DNA from: a virus
Lineage: Duplodnaviria > Caudoviricetes
Length of the DNA stretch: 61,121 nucleotides
Direction: 5' to 3' (one strand)
IMG/VR virus record: IMGVR_UViG_3300025848_000042
Location: 1 to 61,121 of that record
The position numbers and the translations under genes are program-made. The stretch's first letter is position 1. Every line of letters starts with the position of its first letter. Positions 45,208 through 54,257 of the stretch are shown here, one piece after another. The notes under the pieces were generated by a model, which did no database searches, had not been told where the DNA came from, and saw only the letters and a list, made by a program, of their open reading frames with translations.

Positions 45208-45537
45208 ATGACGACTACCACTGCTTCTCTTTCGACCATTGAAATCAACGGTGTTACTTATGCACCCATTGGTTCTACTCCTACTGGCAACCGTCACGTT
45301 GTTGTAATTGACCGTGGATGGATTGTTGCCGGTGACGTGAGCACCGATGAAGTTACCAAGGAACTTGTTGTTTCCAATGCTATTCATGTGTTCCGTTGGG
45401 AATCCATTGGATTCGATGGTGTTCTCAAAGACCCCAAGAGTTCCAAATTGACTCTTAAGACTCTCCCGTATCCGGTGAAAGTTCCTCAATGTTCCGTTAT
45501 CTTCACTGTACCTGTTCCTGAAACCTGGGGCGTTTGA
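45208..45537 (+). CDS. Small beta-rich protein, possibly Sm-like fold
   Basis: VVVIDRGWIVAG...LVVSNAIHVFRW; sits directly upstream of the Gly-repeat genes. Confidence 0.55.
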   Translation: MTTTTASLSTIEINGVTYAPIGSTPTGNRHVVVIDRGWIVAGDVSTDEVTKELVVSNAIHVFRWESIGFDGVLKDPKSSKLTLKTLPYPVKVPQCSVIFTVPVPETWGV

Positions 45538-45597
45538 TTGTTTGTTTATGGGGGGTGGGTAATCATTGCCTCCCTTTTTTTATTCAGAGGTTTTAAG

Positions 45598-45897
45598 ATG
45601 ACTGAATACTTTTATCCCGTAGGTTCCGGTTACGGTAACGGTGACGGTGACGGTTACGGTAACGGTTCCGGTGACGGTTACGGTGACGGTTACGGTGACG
45701 GTTACGGTTTCGGTTCCGGTTACGGTAACGATGACGGTTACGGTTACGGTGACGGTTACGGTTACGGTTACGGTAACGGTTACGGTTACGGTGACGGTTA
45801 CGGTTACGGTTACGGTAACGGTTCCGGTTCCGGTGAAGGTTACGGTTACGGTTACGGTGAGGGTACAATCACCACAAGAACTCGTCGGAGGTCTTAA
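45598..45897 (+). CDS. Gly-Tyr/Asp/Asn repeat protein 1 (99 aa)
   Basis: MTEYFYPVG-(GX)n-TITTRTRRRS; SD GAGG upstream. Confidence 0.7.
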   Translation: MTEYFYPVGSGYGNGDGDGYGNGSGDGYGDGYGDGYGFGSGYGNDDGYGYGDGYGYGYGNGYGYGDGYGYGYGNGSGSGEGYGYGYGEGTITTRTRRRS

Positions 45898-45898
45898 G

Positions 45899-46162
45899 AT
45901 GACTGATTACTTTTATCCCGTAGGTTACGGTAACGGTGACGGTTACGGTAACGGTTACGGTGACGGTTACGGTGACGGTTACGGTTACGGTTCCGGTTTC
46001 GGTTACGGTAACAGTAACGGTAACGGTTCCGGTTTCGGTTACGGTTACGGTAACAGTAACGGTAACGGTTCCGGTTTCGGTTACGGTTACGGTGACGGTG
46101 ACGGTTACGGTTACGGTGACGGTTACGGTACAATTTCCACAAGAACTCGTCGGAGGTCTTAA
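45899..46162 (+). CDS. Gly-Tyr/Asp/Asn repeat protein 2 (87 aa)
   Basis: MTDYFYPVG-(GX)n-TISTRTRRRS; SD GGAGGT lies inside the previous gene. Confidence 0.7.
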   Translation: MTDYFYPVGYGNGDGYGNGYGDGYGDGYGYGSGFGYGNSNGNGSGFGYGYGNSNGNGSGFGYGYGDGDGYGYGDGYGTISTRTRRRS

Positions 46163-46163
46163 G

Positions 46164-46343
46164 ATGACTGAATACTTTTATCCCGTAGGTTACGGTAACA
46201 GTTACGGTGACGGTAACGGTAACGGTTACGGTTACGGTTACGGTTACGGTAACGGTAACGGTAACGGTGACGGTGACGGTGACGGTTCCGGTTTCGGTTA
46301 CGGTAACGGCACAATTTCCACAAGAACTCGTCGGAGGTCTTGA
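46164..46343 (+). CDS. Gly-Tyr/Asp/Asn repeat protein 3 (59 aa)
   Basis: MTEYFYPVG-(GX)n-TISTRTRRRS. Confidence 0.7.
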   Translation: MTEYFYPVGYGNSYGDGNGNGYGYGYGYGNGNGNGDGDGDGSGFGYGNGTISTRTRRRS

Positions 46344-47062
46344 AACTCATGAACATTCTAATTACATCAATGCCCGACACCTATCAATTTTTTGGCAATG
46401 CTAATACCTACGTTGGCGCTGTTGCCCTTTTTGCGACTCCTGTGCTTCTTTATTGGATTTTCCGTTCTTACTGGCGGAGTCCTTATCGTCGCTAAGACAC
46501 TTTGACAACTGGCACAAGGGCACTGGACTTCTCTCTGGTACCCTGTCATACTACATTCGTACCTGAGACTCCCAATGGAAACTGTAATTGCGTTTTCTGA
46601 TGAGTTTGAGATTGTTCAAGATTCATCAGACTTTGTTCACATCATGGATGGTGAACAAACTGTCCGTCTTTCCATGCCTCGGAAGATTCTGGATGACATT
46701 GTGAGTCAAATCCACAGCAGGGTAGATTTCCACTTCTGAAACTGGCACAAGGGGGCACCACCTGCCCCCAATCATCCACTAGACTACATTCGTACCTGAG
46801 GCACTTCTGATGTATCACATCGCCATTGTTCATTCGGAAGAAGACTACTTTGAGTCTGTGGCATCATTTAAGTCTTATGATGCTGCTGATGCAGAGTTTG
46901 ATGACTGGAGTGAGAAACTGCCTCATGCCTGGTTGGAGATTGTGACACCAGATAAAGTGGCACAAGGTACCGTGACAGTTCCTGATTGATGAACTAAGAT
47001 AATTATGGGAATGTGGGTGCCCTAAAAGACCGCATTGTTAACAATTACTTTTTTTGATTATT

Positions 47063-47275
47063 ATGTTCAAGTTTACTTCTTCTGCCATTGAGAACATCAC
47101 TGAAGTTCAAGATGGTCAGGTTACGATCACCTTTAGTGGTGGTCGGGATTATACTTACAAGGTTGCAGAACCTGAGAACTTTGTTTCTCAACTGAATGAA
47201 GTGATTCAACAGGAACAGTCTGTTGGTCGTTTTGTCAATTCTGCAATTCGCGGTGAACAACTTGTGACACTCTGA
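47063..47275 (+). CDS. KTSC-like domain protein
   Basis: SSAI...ITFSGGRDYTY...SVGRFVN pattern. Confidence 0.55.
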   Translation: MFKFTSSAIENITEVQDGQVTITFSGGRDYTYKVAEPENFVSQLNEVIQQEQSVGRFVNSAIRGEQLVTL

Positions 47276-47286
47276 TCACTGTCACA
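47263..47286. promoter_or_regulatory. Perfect form of the module palindrome
   Basis: TGTGACA-CTCTGATCAC-TGTCACA. Equally perfect arms at 44410 and 48666. Confidence 0.85.
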
Positions 47287-47883
47287 TCAGGGGTTGCGGT
47301 TCTCGTGACCCCATGTCATACTTAAATCGTTCAAGACATTTCTACTTCTTATGGACAAAGAAATCATGACCACACTTCTCGATCAAGCAGCGGATGGCAA
47401 CGGCATTCTTCAGATTCTTGATGCACTGTATGATGGGATGGACAGTGGTGAATCTAGTCAAGATTTTTGCCCAACACTAGACGAGATTCAGTTCTAAAAC
47501 TCGACGAGGTGTGCCACATCATCTAGTGGTACACCTCTCTCGACGAGTTCAGGTACATCAACTAGATTACACACATCTCGACGAGGTTATCATGCAAACA
47601 GCATTTATCACACCAATCTCGAACAAGGCAAAGAATCGCTTTGCCAATCTCATGGATCACAATGATGAATGTATCATTGAGCAACACAAAGGTAACAAAG
47701 TGTTTCTTACATCCATGAACAAACGCAATCATTTCTGGGTACATCTTGACAATGACCCAGACTGGATGATAGACTTTTAAAATAAGGGAGGAAGGGGTTT
47801 GCCTCCCAGACGATTCAGAAAAGTCACCCTGCGCGTAAGAAAACAGATAATCATAGCATGGTTAAAGGTGATGTGGGTTCTTG

Positions 47884-47913
47884 AGGATCGGGGTGGTGCC
47901 TGATCCTTTTTTT
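47884..47913 (+). terminator. Rho-independent terminator
   Basis: AGGATCGGG/CCTGATCCT stem followed by a T-run. Confidence 0.7.
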
Positions 47914-47920
47914 CTTGTCT

Positions 47921-48000
47921 TATTGTATTATTTTATGGTAGGATCAGTGACGATGTATTGTTCAGTAGGGATACCCTTCCCCCGTTGGTGCTGGTTGTTC
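47921..48000 (-). ncRNA. Divergent copy of the 103-bp non-coding repeat (putative sRNA)
   Basis: Shares GTGACGATGTATTG, the TACCCT loop and GTTGGTGC with the 50734 and 51767 copies. Confidence 0.45.
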
Positions 48001-48142
48001 ATTTAAGATACAGCATCACAGACCCTAGAATGACCCTGATGGACAGTTTTGATGGTGGCACAAGATCGCTGGTACTGGTCGGTTCTGGGGTGCCATACTT
48101 CCACCAACGGCGCACCACTGACGCCGCCTCGCCTCTCTAATC

Positions 48143-48670
48143 ATGAGCACCACCACCTTTGACTTCTCTGGTTTCTCTGATGATCAAGTGCGGGCGCTGA
48201 TGCTTCTGGCACAGCAACAGATCGAATCCCGTAAGGTATCCTTCGACGATCAAGTTTCTGTTGTTCAGCAACAGCGTATGAATGATCGTATGAAAGAGAT
48301 CGAGCGCAATGTTGCTCAGATCGAAACAGTCAACGCTGCATTTGAGGTCTGCCTGAATGAGATTCTGGGTGACATCAATGAGTCGCGTTGGATTGTATCT
48401 CAACTCGACAAGTGCCGCCGTGAGAATGACTTTCGGCGCATGAATACGGTTTACTTTAAGTATCGCGGAAAGGATCTTAAAGTGGAAGAGATGCTGAAGA
48501 CTCTCTCTGCAGTGTATCGTCTGAAGTGCAAAAATTACAAGAATCCTTCTGATAAGTCTTGGGATCGTGGTATTGTTCGCCATGAGATTCGCTGCCCTCA
48601 TTGTGGAGAATACGCCAAAAAGTTGGTAGAGTTTCTTGACATTAAAGGGATTCGCTGGGCGGATCTGTGA
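48143..48670 (+). CDS. Hypothetical protein with coiled coil and CxxC
   Basis: Clean ORF after an early module; CPHCG. Confidence 0.7.
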   Translation: MSTTTFDFSGFSDDQVRALMLLAQQQIESRKVSFDDQVSVVQQQRMNDRMKEIERNVAQIETVNAAFEVCLNEILGDINESRWIVSQLDKCRRENDFRRMNTVYFKYRGKDLKVEEMLKTLSAVYRLKCKNYKNPSDKSWDRGIVRHEIRCPHCGEYAKKLVEFLDIKGIRWADL

Positions 48671-49181
48671 CAATCTACTAAGTGTCACAAAAGGGGTTGT
48701 GGTTTATCCCAACCCCATGCAATACTTACATTGTTTATCACCTGAACTTCTCATGAATTACTCTGAACTTCTTGCTAAACTTCAACAACTCAATGAAGAA
48801 CAATTGCAAGAACCTGTGATTGTTATGGATCTTTTCAAGGGTTATGGGTATGATGATGTTCAGTTTGATTCTGAGAATCTTTGTTTCACGTTTGGCGAAG
48901 ACTGAATCCTAATCATCACCTGAACCATGATCACAATTCAATCCAACAGCATTAAAGAGTTCTTCACCGATTCTGAATGGGATTTGATTTTTAATCTCTT
49001 GAATGAGAATCGTATGGTTATTGATGAAGACCATCCTTATCTGGAGGAGAATTATACTGCTCTGGATAAGATCCGCAAACTGTTTCAGGACTGATAGGAC
49101 ACTTCTCTAACTGTCCACTGGGGCATCGGATCCTGCCTCTGATGCCCCTATACTGATCTCAGTTCACCACTGAACCACACC

Positions 49182-49922
49182 ATGCTGAACTTCTCCAAGG
49201 GTAACGCCAAACTGGGCAAGCACACTCTGATCTTTAGTCTTCCCGCTGGTAAGACTTGTCCCGGTGCAATGTTCTGCAAATCGTTTGCTGTTGTTGATGA
49301 GAACGGCAACCGTAAGATTCAAGATGGTCCGCACACTGAATTCCGTTGTTTCGCTGCATCTTCTGAAGTCTTTTATACTACCGTATATGAAAGTCGTGCT
49401 CAGAATCTTCAACTGATTGTTGATGCTCTTCAGAATGGATCTGCTGCTGATTTGATTCACAATTCCATTCAACATCACCGCACTAAAAAGACTCAACTGG
49501 TCCGTATTCATGAATCGGGCGATTTCTTCTCTGGTGCTTATCTTGATGCTTGGATTGAAGTTGCACACCGAAATCCCGATCTTAAGTTTTATTGCTATTC
49601 CAAGAGTCTGCAACTGTTTCTCAACTTCAAATTGCCCAATAATTTTTATATGACGGCATCATATGGTGGCAAGTTTGACTATTTAATTGATGAAGGATAC
49701 TTCACTCGTTATAGCAAAGTTGTACTGAATCAGGAGGATGCTGATAGGTTGGGTCTGGAAGTTGATCACGATGATTCACACTGTCTAAAAGATAAACCTT
49801 TCGCCCTTTTGGTTCATTCAACCCAACCTAAAGGTTCTATCTATGGGAAGGCAATTTATGCACGAAGGAAGAACAATGAGTTTTCTGGTTACAGTAAGAA
49901 ACCAGTAACTGTGACGGTCTGA
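49182..49922 (+). CDS. GP88-like phage protein (radical-SAM-like pattern)
   Basis: GNAKL, FSLPAGKTCPGA...C...CFA, RIHESGDF. Confidence 0.7.
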   Translation: MLNFSKGNAKLGKHTLIFSLPAGKTCPGAMFCKSFAVVDENGNRKIQDGPHTEFRCFAASSEVFYTTVYESRAQNLQLIVDALQNGSAADLIHNSIQHHRTKKTQLVRIHESGDFFSGAYLDAWIEVAHRNPDLKFYCYSKSLQLFLNFKLPNNFYMTASYGGKFDYLIDEGYFTRYSKVVLNQEDADRLGLEVDHDDSHCLKDKPFALLVHSTQPKGSIYGKAIYARRKNNEFSGYSKKPVTVTV

Positions 49923-50714
49923 CAACTGTCACAAGGGGTCTTGATTAGGTTCAGGATCCCTGCAATACTACCTTTGTTCCTGAGGGATTCCCCACCATGG
50001 CATACATCGACAATCCAGTTGATTCTAACAACTGCTGGGATGATTCTGATTTTGTATCCTACTGGAATGAGATTGAACATTTCAATGAGAATCAAGGTTG
50101 GGATCATGGTGAAATGCTTGAAATGATCATTGATAAGTATAACGATGGTTGGTCCACTGATGAGGCAATGAATCAAATTGAAGCATACTTGAAGGATAAC
50201 GATTGATTCTTAAGGTCTCATCTCTTCACCATGAAACTCTTTCCATTCTTCTTCTGTCTCTTTTCTGTTTGGACTGGTCTACAGGTTCTGAATGCACAAG
50301 CAACAGTGAATCAAAATCAGGAGAATCGCGCCGAGATTCATTGTAATGAAAACCCTTCACTCTGCGGTCTGAAATGATCAATTTTCTTACCAAATCTCGA
50401 TCACCTCAACTGTATCATGCCATGATGATTCGCATTCTGTTAATCTCGACGATACTGTGGATTTCATGGGATCACATCAAACCAGCAAGAAATCTAGTTT
50501 CTGATGCAATGATTCAAATCTCGAACATCATTCGAGACTAAATCTCGATCAAATCATGAATCCTTTTCTCGACAACATTCAAATCGAAGAAACATTCTTT
50601 GATGATGATCTCGAACAACAATGTTTCATTGATGATTATAGTGATGATGGCGAAGCATTAGCATCAGCAGGATTTGGAACTGATGAAGATTATGGTGGAT
50701 AAAGTATAATGATC

Positions 50715-50739
50715 AAGGTGGAATCATTCCACCTTTTTT
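50715..50739 (+). terminator. Rho-independent terminator
   Basis: AAGGTGGAA/TTCCACCTT stem followed by a T-run. Confidence 0.7.
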
Positions 50740-50836
50740 ATAGTTTATTGTGTATTATTTTATTGCGGGTTCGGTGACGATGTATTGATCAAGCAGTTAC
50801 CCTACTGCTGTTGGTGCCGATTGTTCCTAGAGTCTA
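50734..50836 (-). repeat. 103-bp non-coding repeat, copy 1 (putative sRNA)
   Basis: Three mismatches versus 51767-51869. Confidence 0.85.
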
Positions 50837-51477
50837 CAAACCCTTAAGACCCTTTTGACCCTGCCAGTGTGCCAGTTTGCCAACTGTCCACGATCGGTGG
50901 ACACTGCCCCGGATCTGCCTGTATTGTGATCTCAGTTCACACCACTGAACCATGTTCCGAACCTTCCGCCCCGTTTGTGACACTGAAACCCGTCAGATTC
51001 AGTGGGCAGTGTTTAAGAATGGTGTTCCACAGAATCAGACTCTAACTGCGGTGCAAATCTCAGGGCATTATGCTGAGAAGTATCGTGGTGACGCTAAACC
51101 GCTGCGCTGCGCTGATTAACAATTGTAACGGGGGATCCCCAGCGGTCCCCTCCATGCTGTAGGATTCTCTCAGTTCACACCACACCACTGAACCATGATC
51201 ACGCCATTCGATTACCTGTCTGTTCTGAATAGTTACGTTGATCCTGAGAACGGAACCGTAAGTTTCTGGCACGCAAGAACGTGTGCCAAACTTATGGGAG
51301 TTCTTGATAGTTTCTCTGCAACTTATGATTGCATGATTGGTCAAAGGGTTGATCTTGGAGAGTATAGGGCATGGGCGTTTAATGCTCTCTATGGTTGATT
51401 GTTAATGATTGTTACAGGGGACCCCTCAACGGTCCCCACCATGCTGTAGGATTCTCTCAGTTCACCACACCACTCCG

Positions 51478-51735
51478 ATGAACCTCGCCACCCTGATCAA
51501 AACCGCCGTTCGCGCCACCCTGATCCAGAACGGACCGCAAACATGCTCGGATATTGTTCGCGGTATGGGTCTGGATCCTTCCCGCCATAAGGGTACTGTT
51601 CATGCCGTTATGGTTGATCTTGAAAAATCGGGTATTCTTGGCGCTACGATGAAAGGTAGCCGCCGTGATCTGTGGTTCATTTATACCGATAAAATCCGCA
51701 AGCGTGACCGTATCATCGCTGCAATGATCGGTTAA
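51478..51735 (+). CDS. Putative winged-helix DNA-binding protein
   Basis: GPQTCSDIVRGMGL...TVHAVMVDLEKSGIL fits a wHTH pattern. Confidence 0.55.
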   Translation: MNLATLIKTAVRATLIQNGPQTCSDIVRGMGLDPSRHKGTVHAVMVDLEKSGILGATMKGSRRDLWFIYTDKIRKRDRIIAAMIG

Positions 51736-51766
51736 TTTAATCGGGGGGAGGTTAAATCTCCTCCTC

Positions 51767-51869
51767 TTTTTTATAGTTTATTGTGTATTATTTTATTGCA
51801 GGTTTGGTGACGATGTATTGATCAAGCAGTTACCCTACTGCTGTTGGTGCCGATTGTCCCTAGAGTCTA
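51767..51869 (-). repeat. 103-bp non-coding repeat, copy 2 (putative sRNA)
   Basis: Three mismatches versus 50734-50836; follows terminator 51744-51772. Confidence 0.85.
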
Positions 51870-52291
51870 ATCACGCCGGAGACCCTTCCGTGGATTGTGA
51901 CAGATCAGCAACCCTTATCAGTCAAAGGGTTGACGTTGGCACCGATTCCGGCAATACTGGTCTCAGTTCACACCACTGAACCATGATCCGCCGCCACGCA
52001 ACCGCCGCAGACTTCACCCGATGGGAGCAGTCTGCCGCAGTCATGACCGATGCTGAACTGATCTATGCTGCTGCAGACTGCCGTAAGGTTGAGGCGCTCT
52101 GGCGGGGCGTAGACGGCATGGTAGAGGGGTTTTACAGTGATCAGGCGGCAACCTATGGCACCGAACTGTACCGTCGCCGCCAGAACCACCGCTGATTAAC
52201 AATTGTAACGGGGGACCCCTCAACGGTCCCCACCATGCTCTAAGATTCTTTCAAGCGGGACGGACCCGCACCATCCACACCCTGAGGCATC

Positions 52292-52609
52292 ATGCGTAAG
52301 ATTGAAACCGCCATGAATCGCGCCATCACTGATGGTATCGACTGGAAGCAAGACAATACAGAGGTCGTCTATTCTCCCGAGCGTGACGCTTCCTATGTTC
52401 ACCTTCACGGCAATCATATTGCCACGATCGGTGAGGGATTCATCGAACTTTATACTTGTGGGTATAAGACAAACACCACAAAATCGCGCCTCAACGCTAT
52501 TCTGAGAGAGCACGGCAATGGCGACGGCATCTTTCAGAAAAACTATGAATGGTTTGTAGAAACCAACGGTGAGATTGTTCCATTCTCGGAGGGTATGATT
52601 CTCCGCTGA
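52292..52609 (+). CDS. Hypothetical phage protein
   Basis: MRKIE..M..AI...LHGNHIA...TTKSRLNA; followed by terminator 52621-52648. Confidence 0.7.
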   Translation: MRKIETAMNRAITDGIDWKQDNTEVVYSPERDASYVHLHGNHIATIGEGFIELYTCGYKTNTTKSRLNAILREHGNGDGIFQKNYEWFVETNGEIVPFSEGMILR

Positions 52610-52758
52610 TTCTTACAATCGGGGAGGTTAAATCTCCTCCCCTTTTTCTTATGTTCTTTCTCACTGAATCAGAGCAAACTCTTCTAGATTCCGTTGGATT
52701 CTTAGAGGTTACTGATGATCTACTAGATCGCATGTTCCCCGAAAATCTCGACGAGAAT

Positions 52759-52814
52759 ACACACAAGAATCTAGACTAGATCACACACAAGAATCTAGAC
52801 TAGATCACACACAA
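52759..52814. repeat. 24-bp tandem repeat containing palindrome ATCTAG-A-CTAGAT
   Basis: ACACACAAGAATCTAGACTAGATC, 2.3 copies. Confidence 0.9.
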
Positions 52815-53307
52815 ACAATCTCGATCATTATCTGAAATGTTCACGATTCGCTACTTCCGTCCTTACAAACAAGAATGGAAATTTCAGTCTTTTAATACAA
52901 TTGAAGAGGCAGAAAGAATGATCAGATTCTATCAGTCTTGTGGTAGTCCTGCTGGGATGGTATAAAGAAAGACTGAGACTTAATGTATAAAGAATAGAGA
53001 ATGAATCTGAAGTAGTTTTCTATTCTTTATACTTTTTAATTCTTATTTGATTCTTTATTCTAATACTCTCCATTCAGAAGTGCATTGTGATTCTTATAGT
53101 CAGTGGTGTGGTTAATTCTAATCACAATGCACTTCTCAATGGACAGTTATTCTTTATACTTTGCACTGTTTTAGTTTTTTATGCTAACTGCCCCTTGTGC
53201 CAATCCCGAAACCGTCACAATCCCCCGTTGCTAGGTGCGCTCTGCCCGTGGTATTGTTGTTTCAACGGATCGGAAACGACCTTTCACCCGATCCGCACCT
53301 AGGACCC

Positions 53308-53619
53308 ATGGAGACCCTCATTTCCGGTCAAGTTGAGACAATGCTTCCCGAACTGTTGGAGGCAATGGCGCAAGCGGAATCAGCAAAACAGCGGGTTGAT
53401 TCTCTCAAAGCGCAGTTAGTTTTGGTCATTGAACAACCCCAAACGGTTAAGACTTGCTGGGGTTCGGTTACATTGAATAAAGGAAGGCGCACCGTTAAGG
53501 TTACAGATCGTGCGCTAAATGCACAGATCACACTACTTAAAGAGCAGGGAATCGCTCAGGGTAAGTGTGAAGAATCGGTGGGAGATCCGTTTATCACTGT
53601 TCGCAAGACTGATCGCTGA
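53308..53619 (+). CDS. Hypothetical coiled-coil protein
   Basis: AGGA SD before the ATG; follows module 53196. Confidence 0.65.
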   Translation: METLISGQVETMLPELLEAMAQAESAKQRVDSLKAQLVLVIEQPQTVKTCWGSVTLNKGRRTVKVTDRALNAQITLLKEQGIAQGKCEESVGDPFITVRKTDR

Positions 53620-53680
53620 TTAACATTTAGGGGCAGTCAATTCTGCCCCTTTCTTTCCACCTTCACCCCCTAAACTTATT

Positions 53681-54010
53681 ATGACCGTTCTTGATTTGCA
53701 ACCCTACGTGATCCCTTCTCACTGGATCTGCGCTCTAGTTAATGATGATTTCACTGGTTTAGATGATAAAGAGGACGCGATTGTTCGGCAATTTATAGCA
53801 GATTTGGGCAAACGTTACCTGTTCACTGTACCCGATGATGAGGATTCCTATTTCACACGCTGCCATGATGCACGACAGTATGGTATTCTTGCCTGCGATT
53901 GTATGGCAGTTCAAATGGCGTTTTCTCCAGAACCTGAACCTGATTATGATGCAGATGATGCCATTTGTAACCGTTACAACATCATGGTACTAGAGCAGTT
54001 TATGGATTAA
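53681..54010 (+). CDS. Acidic hypothetical protein
   Basis: Clean ORF (P.HW..ALVNDD.TGL.D.E). Confidence 0.65.
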   Translation: MTVLDLQPYVIPSHWICALVNDDFTGLDDKEDAIVRQFIADLGKRYLFTVPDDEDSYFTRCHDARQYGILACDCMAVQMAFSPEPEPDYDADDAICNRYNIMVLEQFMD

Positions 54011-54257
54011 GGGTTAGTTAGTGGGCGGCAGTTCTTTATACTCTGCCGCCCCTAATCACGAACGATTAGAATACCTTATTCGTTCGTGTTTGACAGTTAA
54101 GCGATCCTGATGGGTGGCGCGGTTCGGGGTCATGGGGGATGCGATATAAAAATCAATGGGTCCCTGTAAACTATAAAGTGTTACGGAAGGCAACTAAATT
54201 GTATGCTAAAATGAACTTACAAAAACTCTGAAAACAAAAAAAATTCCGAAAAAAATA

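Larger units (their letters stand above)
1138..53255 (+). repeat. Dispersed early-promoter module, about 45 copies: palindrome (TGTGACA/GGACAC)-N10-TG(G/T)CACA, ~30 nt variable hairpin, -10 box, CA-rich leader
   Basis: Copies start near 1138, 3727, 6327, 7083, 7913, 8870, 11952, 12738, 13470, 15604, 16429, 18536, 20143, 21841, 22548, 23288, 23824, 28933, 30071, 31273, 32462, 37863, 38323, 39528, 40436, 41492, 41998, 42344, 42690, 43872, 44410, 44806, 45078, 46495, 46728, 46941, 47263, 47510, 48040, 48666, 49097, 49910, 50868, 51896 and 53196 (some degenerate). Nearly all sit at gene boundaries. Confidence 0.9.

Noticed and set aside
45593-46404. (TV)n and antisense (RN)n ORFs as the real genes
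   Set aside because: They are by-products of a stop-free hexamer repeat. SD, ATG and conserved termini support the Gly frame.
47263-47286. Palindrome as a CRP or NtcA box
   Set aside because: TGTGA and TCACA are 14 nt apart rather than 6, and it does not fit GTA-N8-TAC.
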